From NCBI GenBank assembly GCA_964575505.1, contig CAZNSK010000001.1, forward strand, positions 83,259-147,258: DNA of 64,000 nucleotides, in the 5' to 3' direction. The translations under genes and the position numbers were made by a program. Below, piece after piece: positions 29,701 through 37,528 of the stretch; positions within the stretch are counted from its first letter, which is position 1; every line of letters begins with the position of its first letter. The stretch is from an uncultured Phaeodactylibacter sp. GTDB taxonomy: Bacteria; Bacteroidota; Bacteroidia; Chitinophagales; Saprospiraceae. Under the pieces are notes generated by a model. That model made no database searches. It worked only from the letters and a program-made list of their open reading frames with translations, and had not been told where the DNA came from.

Positions 29701-29854
29701 GGGCATGATCATCACCAAGCGCCGAATGGAGCTGAATCAGACCATCACCGGCATACAAACCGAGGTTGAAGTGGAGGACCGCTTCGACGCGCAGGGCAAA
29801 AGCAATGGCACAAGTGTCATTATTCACCTGCAACAAAAACCGATAGCATCATGA
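26753..29854 (+). CDS. Sensor histidine kinase: periplasmic beta-propeller repeats + Y_Y_Y domain + TM + LytS/YehU-type kinase core
   Basis: 1033 aa with a TTG start and signal peptide MKFYHYIFIFLLAASSLAKAQ. Repeated propeller motifs (WIGSENGLFRYD, WGATENGLFQLD, WVGSISGLLSFD). The Y_Y_Y block is YRHRLAGFDEGW...YTSLPPGPYRLDIQA, the TM is FYALCTVALLGFAAYLY, and NPHFIFNALNSI marks the His_kinase (LytS) box. Confidence 0.88.
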   Translation: MKFYHYIFIFLLAASSLAKAQLPLPEGAKVKAVHMECSTDAQGATLGAVRCFLQDQEGYMWIGSENGLFRYDGFHLTPYYKLSVQDGPQEMGFVSALVTDSSGYLFANLHAASVLRIHIPTFTITNYPLPKAQAGIADIHHLAVYQGLVWGATENGLFQLDPKTGAFTFYQPTEQDDFPLKADVLYSVYPDPDQPHRMWVGSISGLLSFDLNTRKFRPHFIKFEHPRQRSEQLWGCLAEYEPGKLWCSGYASGMRIFDQATGQWQSLLKNPFQQDVFFMQRLGKSIYGVHYDYGAGLLNPTTQQLDFFRDPGYRTVGYEQHKYHALYMDKEQQLWVGSDAGFCYFQPEVQPIHHVFLPKRDNESEFFFTACAEDMGDYYLLATAYGYGLYKWYKADGRIEIIPHNIFQETDTRLDIYASLKRPDGSVDLFTRKGMWRYIPGQEKVIPINLNLVAIRAKQWRVLYVVQTDWKTLKYVRQGRVVRTLKFNGEEWPALDRITSFTIAEGYLWAIGNSTLLRIALADGELQLWQNTEAETLFPYRHLRGLEVVGQKIIIGNRSAGFELFECRGDSLIKLNTFYEDLLGRRPQVFSAARRGQKVYLCTSQGLTVYDVATDAVTNINKSDGLLVQNLGKTWISEVTPMEDGRVMVSGHGFFTLIEEDALEAPPPVLQIGQILQNGKPLPAQSGNDGLQLAHDENAFEVHYNVQPMRLGPKLSYRHRLAGFDEGWVESQGGEVRYTSLPPGPYRLDIQATADYQWREAASVSLPVRVVPPFYQTYGFYALCTVALLGFAAYLYRKRISYIKQEEALKSEFNRKVAQLEMEALRAQMNPHFIFNALNSIEYYINEENTTDAVNYLQKFAALIRMTLQNSKQPYISLQEELASLRYYIEIEQMRLDNSFDYQIEVAEGLSTAQILIPPLLLQPYVENAIWHGLLYQDNRRGHLQIQCRQDAARTEIRITDNGIGRQKSAELRRHRLKNKKSMGMIITKRRMELNQTITGIQTEVEVEDRFDAQGKSNGTSVIIHLQQKPIAS

Positions 29855-30618
29855 AAAAGATCAACGCTGTGCTGGTAGACGATGAACGCCACAGTTTGAA
29901 GCTGTTGCAGCAAAAGCTTGAACAGCACTGCCCGCAGGTGAGCGTGCAGAAGGCGTACACCGACCCTAAGGCGGCAATAGCCGATTTGAAGACGGCATCC
30001 CCGGATGTCCTTTTCCTGGATATCGAAATGCCCTATTATTCGGGCTTCGACCTATTGCGCGCTGTTGGCGATATAGATTTTGATATCATTTTTACCACAG
30101 CTTACGATGAGTTCGCTATTGAAGCCATACGGGTAAGTGCCCTGGATTATCTGATGAAGCCTATAGTGGTAGAGGAGCTTAAGCAGGCTGTAGCGCGGAT
30201 TGGTCAGCGGGATAGTGCCCGGGAACAGCCAGCGCAGCTGCAAAAGCTATTCCAATGGATGCAGCACCAATCGGCTGCTCCCAAAATCCCTATTCCAACC
30301 CTTGAGGGCATTGAGCTGCTGGAGGCCCATAGCATCCTCTACTGCGAATCCAAAGGCAACTACTGCTATATTCATTTTGAAGAAGATCCCCCGCTGCTGA
30401 CGTCCAAAACCCTGAAGGAAGTAGAACGGCTGCTGCCGCCGGAGGCTTTTCTGCGTATTCATCAGTCCTACCTCGTCAACTTTCAGTTTGTCAAGCGGTA
30501 CCTGAAGGGCGGCGGCGGTTACGTCATGCTCAAAAACGGCAAAGAGCTTAAGGTCTCCAAAGCCCGCCGGGAGCTGGTCATGGAAGCAATTTATAACCAA
30601 CACCTTACAAAAGCTTAA
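29851..30618 (+). CDS. LytTR/AlgR-family response regulator
   Basis: 255 aa with a REC domain (VLVDDE...DVLFLDIEMP) and a C-terminal LytTR domain (ILYCESKGNYCYIHF...FLRIHQSYLVN). Its ATG overlaps the kinase stop (ATGA). Confidence 0.9.
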   Translation: MKKINAVLVDDERHSLKLLQQKLEQHCPQVSVQKAYTDPKAAIADLKTASPDVLFLDIEMPYYSGFDLLRAVGDIDFDIIFTTAYDEFAIEAIRVSALDYLMKPIVVEELKQAVARIGQRDSAREQPAQLQKLFQWMQHQSAAPKIPIPTLEGIELLEAHSILYCESKGNYCYIHFEEDPPLLTSKTLKEVERLLPPEAFLRIHQSYLVNFQFVKRYLKGGGGYVMLKNGKELKVSKARRELVMEAIYNQHLTKA

Positions 30619-30622
30619 CACG

Positions 30623-31468
30623 ATGATACTCTTTTCGATGAATCTGATGCCCCGTTGGGGCCTGGGAGCGCTATGCGCGTACTTCATGCCTGCTCTCTTG
30701 ACAATGGTGACCCTGACAGCCTGTGGGGAGTCTTCTGCCCCTGCCGCTGAGTCTACGGCCTTATCAGCAGAGCGGCCGGTTGAAGTACCCGCCCCTGCCG
30801 AAGACACAGCCGTTGCCAGTGCCCAGGAAGCCGCTGAGGCCTCACCTGAGGTACCGGCGCAGCCAGCCAGAAAAGATGTATTGCACTATTTCCGGCAGCT
30901 GCCCGAACCCTATACGTTGCCCTTTACCATACGCCGGAAAGACCGGCTCTGGGTAGCGCAGCATTTGCCCAGCGGCGAAGAGCAGCAAGCCTTCGTGGAT
31001 TTGAAAAATGGCTATATGGAGCTTGCCCATACCCAAGCAGAGGGTGCATCAGAAAGCGTGCAGATCGCGCTGTTCCGGATGGCGGAGGCGCAGCCCATGC
31101 TTGCTATTTGCCGGACTCAGGCGGAGCTGGGGCAGGTGCAGCAAACCTGTGCCTGCCTGCGCCCTGAACATGCGGAGCAGTTGGACTGGACAGAGTACAC
31201 GCTGCCTGTTTTTACACCCTACGATTTTTTTAGCCCTGATGCAGAAGCTCAACTGGACAGCCCTCATTTGGAAGACGCCTTTCCCATACTGCTCAAATTG
31301 CCGCAACACGGCACTGACCTGCTGGTACAGCTCTACCTGGGCCGCCGCTTCCACTACTGCGGCGAAGCGGCAACCAAAAGCGAAAAAGCACTTTGCCCCC
31401 TGTTTGACGAGATGGAGCGCCGCAGCTTTACCCTGCGGTGGAACCGGCAGGCGGGCCGATTTGAATAA
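30623..31468 (+). CDS. Hypothetical lipoprotein (unknown family)
   Basis: 281 aa with the lipobox-like LTLTAC|G and an Ala/Glu/Pro-rich linker. It starts 4 nt after the response-regulator stop. Confidence 0.6.
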   Translation: MILFSMNLMPRWGLGALCAYFMPALLTMVTLTACGESSAPAAESTALSAERPVEVPAPAEDTAVASAQEAAEASPEVPAQPARKDVLHYFRQLPEPYTLPFTIRRKDRLWVAQHLPSGEEQQAFVDLKNGYMELAHTQAEGASESVQIALFRMAEAQPMLAICRTQAELGQVQQTCACLRPEHAEQLDWTEYTLPVFTPYDFFSPDAEAQLDSPHLEDAFPILLKLPQHGTDLLVQLYLGRRFHYCGEAATKSEKALCPLFDEMERRSFTLRWNRQAGRFE

Positions 31469-31487
31469 ACATTAATCATAAAATCCA

Positions 31488-32735
31488 ATGACAATGAAAA
31501 CTTTCTCTATGCTCATCATGGTGGGCCTGCTCTGCCTGGCAACCGATGGGTATGCCCAGCTCGGGCGCCTGAAGAACAAGCTGAAATCGGCAGTGAAAAA
31601 GGAGGAGCCGGCGGCACCGAAGCCCGAACCAGCGCCGGGCACTTCGGAGCCGGCAGTGGCACAGCCATCAGCAAAAGCCAAACAAGCTGCTGCCGTCCGT
31701 CCTGCGGCCAAAATACCCCCGCTCGCCTATGAGGCCCCCTTTAAACCAGCGGTCCTTTACCAAAGCTTGCTGGAGGGCGTCAAAATTAATCCTCGCAATG
31801 GGTTGCTTATGCTGGGGGCGGATCTCACAGCCAGCTTCCTGCCCCAACGGGAAGAAGGCGGTGCCCTGGCCTACTACGGGACGAAGCTGGAGCAGCATAA
31901 GCTTGCCGTGCACCTCACCCAAGGGGGGAGCACCCTGAAAAAATACCTGACCACAGTCATGCAGCGGGATAATGGGGAGTTGCGCTCTTCCACTAAAGGG
32001 CCCTTTGCGGATTTCAGCATTGCTTCCAATGGCTACGCCGAGCAGCAGGGGTACGATACTGAAAAGCACACCTTCACCGAAGCAGGGGCGTACGCCCTGG
32101 AGTTTTTTCTGGATGGAGCGCATTTTTACACTTTCCCATTCCAGGTGCGGATCATCGGCAGCGACGACCCCTATGCATCTGACGACAAAGTGTACGCTTT
32201 AGACGGCCCGTGGATGGATGCCCTTTGCATCGAACTGCCACACACGGCGGACCCCGATGCCCACTTGATCGTGAAGAAGTACCTGCGCGTACCTGACTTC
32301 AATCAACCTGACTTGACCTACCTGATGGGGGCACAATTGGCGCGCAACGGGCAGCCGTTGCTCTACGGTAAAAACCTGGTTACTTACGGTGCCCGCCCCA
32401 TCTGGTCCGTACAGCAGCTCAACCTGGCAAAGCCCTGGAAAGACCACAGTGGCACGGTAGCGGGGGAGCACCTTCAGGTCAAAGACATCCTGGAAGACGG
32501 CACCTATACGCTCACGCTGAGCTACTACACCGGACAAAGTGGGATGGCAGGCCGTGAAAAGCCGCACCCCGGGCCGGCCGGGCAGTCCTCGGAGGTGTAC
32601 ACTTTTTCAGTTAAAGCGGGGAAAATTCAACCTCAGGGCCCGCAGGTCCGGGAATCTACGCCCCCAGAGCGCTTTGTAGAAGGCGGTAGGGAACACTTCT
32701 GGTTATTCCGTGAGGGTAGCCCGATAACAGAGTAA
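31488..32735 (+). CDS. Hypothetical secreted protein (unknown family)
   Basis: 415 aa with signal peptide MTMKTFSMLIMVGLLCLATDGYAQ and a Lys/Pro/Ala-rich linker. It starts 19 nt after the upstream gene. Confidence 0.6.
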   Translation: MTMKTFSMLIMVGLLCLATDGYAQLGRLKNKLKSAVKKEEPAAPKPEPAPGTSEPAVAQPSAKAKQAAAVRPAAKIPPLAYEAPFKPAVLYQSLLEGVKINPRNGLLMLGADLTASFLPQREEGGALAYYGTKLEQHKLAVHLTQGGSTLKKYLTTVMQRDNGELRSSTKGPFADFSIASNGYAEQQGYDTEKHTFTEAGAYALEFFLDGAHFYTFPFQVRIIGSDDPYASDDKVYALDGPWMDALCIELPHTADPDAHLIVKKYLRVPDFNQPDLTYLMGAQLARNGQPLLYGKNLVTYGARPIWSVQQLNLAKPWKDHSGTVAGEHLQVKDILEDGTYTLTLSYYTGQSGMAGREKPHPGPAGQSSEVYTFSVKAGKIQPQGPQVRESTPPERFVEGGREHFWLFREGSPITE

Positions 32736-32770
32736 TCATTCATTTTTCATAAATAAAACTATTTGAACCA

Positions 32771-33289
32771 ATGAAATTCAATCCATTTTTTCTGGCTTTG
32801 CTCGTATGTGGGCTCGCATTCCAAGCTTGCAACAATGACGATGATAATGATGATAACATGCAGCCATCCGGCGGCGATCCAATAACCGAGCAAAATGTAC
32901 GCGCTGTCTTCAACTTCCTACCCCCCTCCGGATATGAGACGACCATTTACCAGGAGAACCTGCCAGCTGGGGTGACGGCGGTATACAAAAATCAAACGAC
33001 CGATCAGAATATTCAGGTTGCCGCCGCAGAGAATCTGACCGGAGAAGTGATTCAGGTAACGGAGGCAGTAATAGAGGGTAGCTTCCTTAACCCGGTGGGT
33101 ATTGTAGAGTCTACTGTAAATGGTACCACCGTTTATGAATCTATGGAGGAAAGTTCTTACCGGGTTGTGATTTTTCGTGGGCAGTACGTTTTTAATGTCA
33201 CGGTCTCTAATGACCCCGATCCGGCGGAAGCGGAGGCTGAAGTAGCGGCTTTTGTTGAGCTTATGGCAGATGCCATGTCTACTTTCTAG
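32771..33289 (+). CDS. Hypothetical small lipoprotein (unknown family)
   Basis: 172 aa with the lipobox LAFQAC followed by NNDDDNDDN. It starts 35 nt after the upstream gene. Confidence 0.6.
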   Translation: MKFNPFFLALLVCGLAFQACNNDDDNDDNMQPSGGDPITEQNVRAVFNFLPPSGYETTIYQENLPAGVTAVYKNQTTDQNIQVAAAENLTGEVIQVTEAVIEGSFLNPVGIVESTVNGTTVYESMEESSYRVVIFRGQYVFNVTVSNDPDPAEAEAEVAAFVELMADAMSTF

Positions 33290-33429
33290 AGGAATTAGTG
33301 TAATACGTATTAATGCAAGTGCCCCTGCCCGACAAGGTTGGGGCACTCTATGATCTGAGCACTTGAAATAACGGCCATAAAGAAGCTGGCCCGGAGGCTA
33401 GCAAAGGACGGCTCAGAGCAGCATTTGTA

Positions 33430-34761
33430 TCATCCTTCCGCCAGCGTGTCCGAAATATCAATACCCAGTACTTGCAGGGCTGGTATCAGTGCTGCTGCCA
33501 GCCCAATGAGCAGCGCGCCACCCAATAGGTAGGCTTCTTCAATAAGGAAGTTGGCCCAGGAAAAAGTGTATTGATAGGTTTCCTTCATCTGATCGGCCAG
33601 CAGGTACATGGAGCCGTGGCTGAGCACCATCCCCAGCAAATAGCCTAACAAGGCCAGGAGCAGGCCCTCAAGGATAATTAAGGTGAGCAGTTTTCCTCCC
33701 GATGCCCCCATTACCCGCATCAGGGCCAGCTCGTAGCGCCGCTCTTTCAGGGCGTTGTAAAGCGAGATGAAAATGCTTAAGCCAGACACGGCGATGATGA
33801 CTATAGCGAGCCAGCGGAGGGCTTTTGTGCCTGTGCCCATCAGAGCGTACAGGCGGTTGACTTCAATTGCCGGCGTGGCTGCTTGCATTTCGGTATTCTC
33901 GTTGATCGCCCGCTGCATATTCAGTGCCTGTATATTGTGCCCTTTGAATTCTACCAGCAGGGAGGTGATCTGTTTGTCCTTGTAAGCCAGGAGATCCTGC
34001 GGGTAGGGCTCATCCGTTGGGGAGGTTTGCCCATGCTCATGCTCTTCACCGCTATGATCGTGTTCCCCGTGGTCATGCCCTTCGTGGTCGTGGGCCTCTT
34101 CCTCCTGCTCCGGTTCCGCTTCTTCTTCATGGCCATGCTCGTGCACAGCCCATGGGCTGGAAAAGCGCGTAAGCAGTAATTGATCAACGACTGAACCGGT
34201 GGGGGCAAGCAGGCCGACTACTTTAAAGGATGCTGCGTCTTCGTGGATCAGGTCTTCGTTTTGGTCAAATCCATGGGAGCTTTTGAAGGTGTCGCCGATC
34301 TTGAGCTCCAGTTCATCCGCTACAGCGGCGCCGGCTACCACTTCCATCGTCTTTTCCCACATTTTGCCCTCCGCGATACTGGCGTTATAAAGGTCTAGTA
34401 TTTCCGGCTCTGTGCCGACCACCCGGAAGCCCCGGTGGCTGTCGCCCAGCGATAGAGGGATTGCGGTTTCAATAATCGGGTGTCCGTCCCGCAGAAATGG
34501 CGTTGCTGCTTCTATAGGGATATTCCCCGTTGGCGCATCAATGTGGTACATGCTGCTAAGGATGAGCTGCAGCGGGCTGCCCTTGGCGCCAATAACGAGG
34601 TCGACGCCGGCCAGGTTTTTCTCAAACTTTTCCTGCAGTTGGTCATTCAGCACCAGCAGGAGGGAGATAAGGCCCACGCCCAGCCCAAAGAGGACAAGGC
34701 TGAGCAGCATGTTCAGCGGTTTATTGGTCAGGTTTTTCCAGCTAAGGTTCAGGAGGTTCAT
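33430..34761 (-). CDS. MacB/FtsX-type ABC transporter permease with His/Glu-rich extracytoplasmic insert
   Basis: 443 aa: an N-terminal TM, a large extracytoplasmic domain, then a C-terminal 3-TM FtsX-like module. The insert HEHGHEEEAEPEQEEEAHDHEGHDHGEHDHSGEEHEH spans residues 207-243. Confidence 0.8.
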   Translation of the reverse strand: MNLLNLSWKNLTNKPLNMLLSLVLFGLGVGLISLLLVLNDQLQEKFEKNLAGVDLVIGAKGSPLQLILSSMYHIDAPTGNIPIEAATPFLRDGHPIIETAIPLSLGDSHRGFRVVGTEPEILDLYNASIAEGKMWEKTMEVVAGAAVADELELKIGDTFKSSHGFDQNEDLIHEDAASFKVVGLLAPTGSVVDQLLLTRFSSPWAVHEHGHEEEAEPEQEEEAHDHEGHDHGEHDHSGEEHEHGQTSPTDEPYPQDLLAYKDKQITSLLVEFKGHNIQALNMQRAINENTEMQAATPAIEVNRLYALMGTGTKALRWLAIVIIAVSGLSIFISLYNALKERRYELALMRVMGASGGKLLTLIILEGLLLALLGYLLGMVLSHGSMYLLADQMKETYQYTFSWANFLIEEAYLLGGALLIGLAAALIPALQVLGIDISDTLAEG

Positions 34762-34764
34762 GCG

Positions 34765-35394
34765 CTAGTCGATTGAGATTTGGTGGGAAATGTGGTCCTT
34801 CAGCCGGGCATCGTGGGTAACAACCAGCAGGGTCGCTTCCACCGCTTGGGCTTGTTCTTCCAGCAGCTCAATGACTTGCTTGCAGTTGCCATCGTCCAGG
34901 GCAGAAGTCGGCTCATCGGCCAAAATTACGGCTGGCTGATTGATGATGGCACGGGCGATGGACGCTCGCTGCTTTTCGCCTACGCTAAGCTGGGAAGGCT
35001 TGGACCGCAGCTTGTGCCCCAGCCCCAATCGCCCTAGCAATTCACGGATGCGCTCGCGGTTGACTTTCATGCCCGCCAGGCTTTGGGCGAGCGCCAGGTT
35101 GTCGCCAACCGTCAGGCTTTGCACAAAATGAGCGGTTTGGAAAATGATACCAACATGCTGGCCCCGAAACTGATCGAGTGCTCCGCTTGAGAGCTGGTTC
35201 ATTTCAGTGTCGCTGATAATGATGCGGCCTTCTTTCGGAGACAGCAGCCCGCCCAGCAGGTGGAGTAAGGTGGTTTTTCCGCTGCCGGACTCGCCCAGTA
35301 CGAGCCAGTGTTCACCTTTGGCGCACTCGATATTGGGAAATCGGAGTGGTGGGCTGCCGGCGTAGGCGTAGCCGAGGTTTTCGGTTTTGAGCAT
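34765..35394 (-). CDS. ABC transporter ATP-binding protein (LolD/MacB-like)
   Basis: 209 aa with GESGSGKTT (Walker A), LSVGEKQR (signature) and ILADEPTSALD (Walker B). It lies 3 nt upstream of the permease gene. Confidence 0.9.
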   Translation of the reverse strand: MLKTENLGYAYAGSPPLRFPNIECAKGEHWLVLGESGSGKTTLLHLLGGLLSPKEGRIIISDTEMNQLSSGALDQFRGQHVGIIFQTAHFVQSLTVGDNLALAQSLAGMKVNRERIRELLGRLGLGHKLRSKPSQLSVGEKQRASIARAIINQPAVILADEPTSALDDGNCKQVIELLEEQAQAVEATLLVVTHDARLKDHISHQISID

Positions 35395-35419
35395 AGAGCT
35401 ATTGTTTATAAACTGGGAA

Positions 35420-35427
35420 CAAAGATA
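35420..35427 (-). promoter_or_regulatory. Candidate -7 box TATCTTTG upstream of the ABC operon
   Basis: The minus strand reads TATCTTTG, ending 25 nt before ATG 35394. No clear -33 element was found. Confidence 0.3.
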
Positions 35428-35599
35428 AGGGAATTAGGATGGAAGGGAGACAGGATTTTTCGGGATATGTTGGGAAATGCCAGCGTGTCTGCCAGGGCTT
35501 AGCATTGCTTCTGTAGGCTCTATAGTTTTTGTGTTGTATTTTTGGAATATAAAACAATAGCAACTAATTTTAAGGATCACTAACGATAGCTCCTAAATT

Positions 35600-36294
35600 A
35601 TGAGCCGGAAAAAGGAAGTTTTCCAGCCTGATGACCGTTTCTTTAAGCAAGCAATGGGAAAGAAATATTTGCTGAAAGCCCCTATTTCGATCAAATAGAA
35701 CCCTATCTTCCTGATTTTCGTTTCTTATTCACTGATATTTCGAAGATAGCCCCTGAAGAATTATTGAAGCTGGAGCTAAGCTACTTCCGAAGTGCGATGC
35801 TTTCCATGGGTTTACGGCACCGCCCACAGTTGATTTTACAATACATTACTGCTATATTAGAAGGTATAAAGGGGGAGCGTATGGAAGCGGTGATGACGTT
35901 TACCCTTGCTGTTATGGAGCGTTCTCCTGCGCAGTTCATGGAAGCCTTGGAAAACTTAACCTTTACAACAAAGCCAGAAGCAATGAGTACCTTAGAAATG
36001 CTAAAGGAAGAAGGTCGTCAGGAAGGTCGTCAGGAGGGGCGTCAGTGGGAGCGCGTCCTTAACTTATTAAAAACAACGGCTAAATTCCCGCAAATGGAAG
36101 CCCCGGAGCTGGCGGAGTTTACGGATTTGCCGCTAACTGCTGTTCAGGCATTTCAACAACAATTATCATCAGGTAATCCGGAGGAGGTGATGCACTACCT
36201 GGAAGAAGAGCTCTTGGGGCACGTGACTCTGGAGGCAGAAGAACGGCGCACACTCAAGCAGTTGGTTGCAGCTATTTTACCATTGCGACAGTAG
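35600..36294 (+). pseudogene. Decayed Rpn-family (YhgA-like PD-(D/E)XK) recombination-promoting nuclease / putative transposase gene
   Basis: ATG 35600 gives MSRKKEVFQPDDRFFKQAMGKK... and hits a stop after 32 codons. A different frame continues ...YFDQIEPYLPDFRFLFTDISKIAPEELLKLELSYF... into tracked ORF 35764..36294, which holds the typical C-terminal helical part (MSTLEMLKEEGRQEG...). The nuclease core between these two parts is missing. Confidence 0.55.
36010..36045 (+). repeat. 3 x 12-nt tandem repeat (GAAGGTCGTCAG) encoding EGRQ-EGRQ-EGRQ
   Basis: Read directly: gaaggtcgtcag gaaggtcgtcag gaggggcgtcag. Confidence 0.9.
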
Positions 36295-36517
36295 TAGGGT
36301 GAGGAAGTGCCCGGTTCTGGTAGCTGGGGCTTTGCGCTAAATGTCCGGATTAGAAGTTAAGTGCCGGATATCATTAAAATCTTTAGCCCTGCCGGCAGCT
36401 TTTTTCGCAGCAAGTAAATCCTCTAGTGGAGTGTTTCAGAAATGACTAACCGAAGAAACCCAGTAAAACCAGGGCGCCCAAGCGTGAAATACGCTGTGCT
36501 ATTTCGGACTAGTCGCA

Positions 36518-36904
36518 CTAGGACAGCATTTTGACAGAAAGGTTATCTCCCAGGTCGAAGCCGTCTGCCTGAGCAAACGCTTTTCTGAAATCCAGCCCTT
36601 TCACTTGAGTCATAATGTCGATAGCTACAGGTGGAACCCCAAAGGTAAAGACATCCATTGCTCCGGTTTGCAGGAAATTCTCCTCCGTCATATCAAAAAC
36701 GGGCATCCGAAAGTCATCGAAGGCACCAAGCAGGCATTTGTAGTTTTCTGGTATGGGGTTAACCCAGATATCTAAATTACCTGTGCTCCTCTGGTACCCA
36801 TGCAGCACAAACGCATAGCCCCCGGCAAGCATATATTCCACCTTATTTTGGTTCAGGGCTTGAATAAATTCCAGAAAATCCTGATAGAGGTAATTGTTCT
36901 TCAT
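36518..36904 (-). CDS. Small nucleotidyltransferase-fold-like protein (hypothetical)
   Basis: Start placed at ATG 36904 (MKNNYLYQDFLEFIQALNQNKVEYMLAGGYAFVLHGYQRSTGNLDIWV...). The GG...G..R.T.DLDIW pattern resembles minimal NTase or AbiEii-like proteins. Alternative starts are 36937 and 37000. Confidence 0.45.
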   Translation of the reverse strand: MKNNYLYQDFLEFIQALNQNKVEYMLAGGYAFVLHGYQRSTGNLDIWVNPIPENYKCLLGAFDDFRMPVFDMTEENFLQTGAMDVFTFGVPPVAIDIMTQVKGLDFRKAFAQADGFDLGDNLSVKMLS

Positions 36905-37155
36905 CCGACGCCGGGCTTTAAAGGCAGATTTATCCATTTTTGGCGGGCCACTTTGTGCGAAGCCATATACCTGTGCATTTAGGTATAGCAAGGCACGCAA
37001 CCGCTCCTTTGGGGCTTTAGAGCGTCAGTAGGCAAGTTGGTCATCAGCCTCCGCTGCCGTTTGCTGTTTGAATGCGGTTCGGTCAAGCCGGTACAAAACC
37101 TGCTTGCTTTTGTGCGTAAAAAATCTTAAGCTTGTAAAATAATCGTTTAGAACGT

Positions 37156-37221
37156 ATGTATCAAGCTGCTATCATTATAATCAGCATTATTATCGCTCCG
37201 GCTCATCCGCCAGGCTGCTGA
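37156..37221 (+). CDS. Ile-rich 21-codon micro-ORF (candidate leader peptide or small hydrophobic peptide)
   Basis: Hand translation: ATG TAT CAA GCT GCT ATC ATT ATA ATC AGC ATT ATT ATC GCT CCG GCT CAT CCG CCA GGC TGC TGA = MYQAAIIIISIIIAPAHPPGC. Two hairpins and a T-run follow it. Confidence 0.3.
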   Translation: MYQAAIIIISIIIAPAHPPGC

Positions 37222-37248
37222 TGTTTTTGTAACGCCTGATACATCAGG

Positions 37249-37293
37249 AAAGCGCTGTCGGATAAGGTTCGGCAGCGCTTTTTTTTTATTTTT
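37249..37293 (+). terminator. Strong Rho-independent terminator with no annotated gene upstream
   Basis: AAAGCGCTGTCG (37249-60) pairs with CGGCAGCGCTTT (37270-81), giving 12 bp with one G-U over a 9-nt loop, then TTTTTTTATTTTT. Confidence 0.75.
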
Positions 37294-37333
37294 GCGCCGG
37301 TTTATCTTAACCGGAACGTATAAAACCAAAATT

Positions 37334-37528
37334 ATGGAAGTCAAGGTTAAGGTTGATGATCAGCTTGTGCAGTCTGCCCTTCAGTTAAGTGGCTTAGGGA
37401 CACAAAAAGAAGTGGTGGAAGAGGCTTTGAAAGCCTTCGTACAGTTGCTGCAACAGAAAAGTATTAAATCACTTCGAGGTAAACTCAATTGGGAGGGAGA
37501 CTTGAATGAAATGAGAGCTGACCAATGA
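37334..37528 (+). CDS. vapB: Type II antitoxin, VapB-like
   Basis: 64 aa from ATG 37334: MEVKVKVDDQLVQSALQLSGLGTQKEVVEEALKAFVQ... Its stop overlaps the ATG of the PIN gene (ATGA). Confidence 0.8.
   Translation: MEVKVKVDDQLVQSALQLSGLGTQKEVVEEALKAFVQLLQQKSIKSLRGKLNWEGDLNEMRADQ

Noticed and set aside
31008-31475. 155-aa alternative-frame ORF overlapping the 281-aa lipoprotein gene
   Set aside because: It is Arg/Trp/Cys/Ser-rich, lacks a signal peptide, and is nested entirely in the better-supported frame that starts 4 nt after the response regulator.
37147-37344. 65-aa minus-strand ORF covering the micro-ORF and terminator region
   Set aside because: It reads through the A-run of the plus-strand terminator (KKKALPN…) and has no motifs. 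The plus-strand hairpin plus T-run interpretation explains the sequence better.
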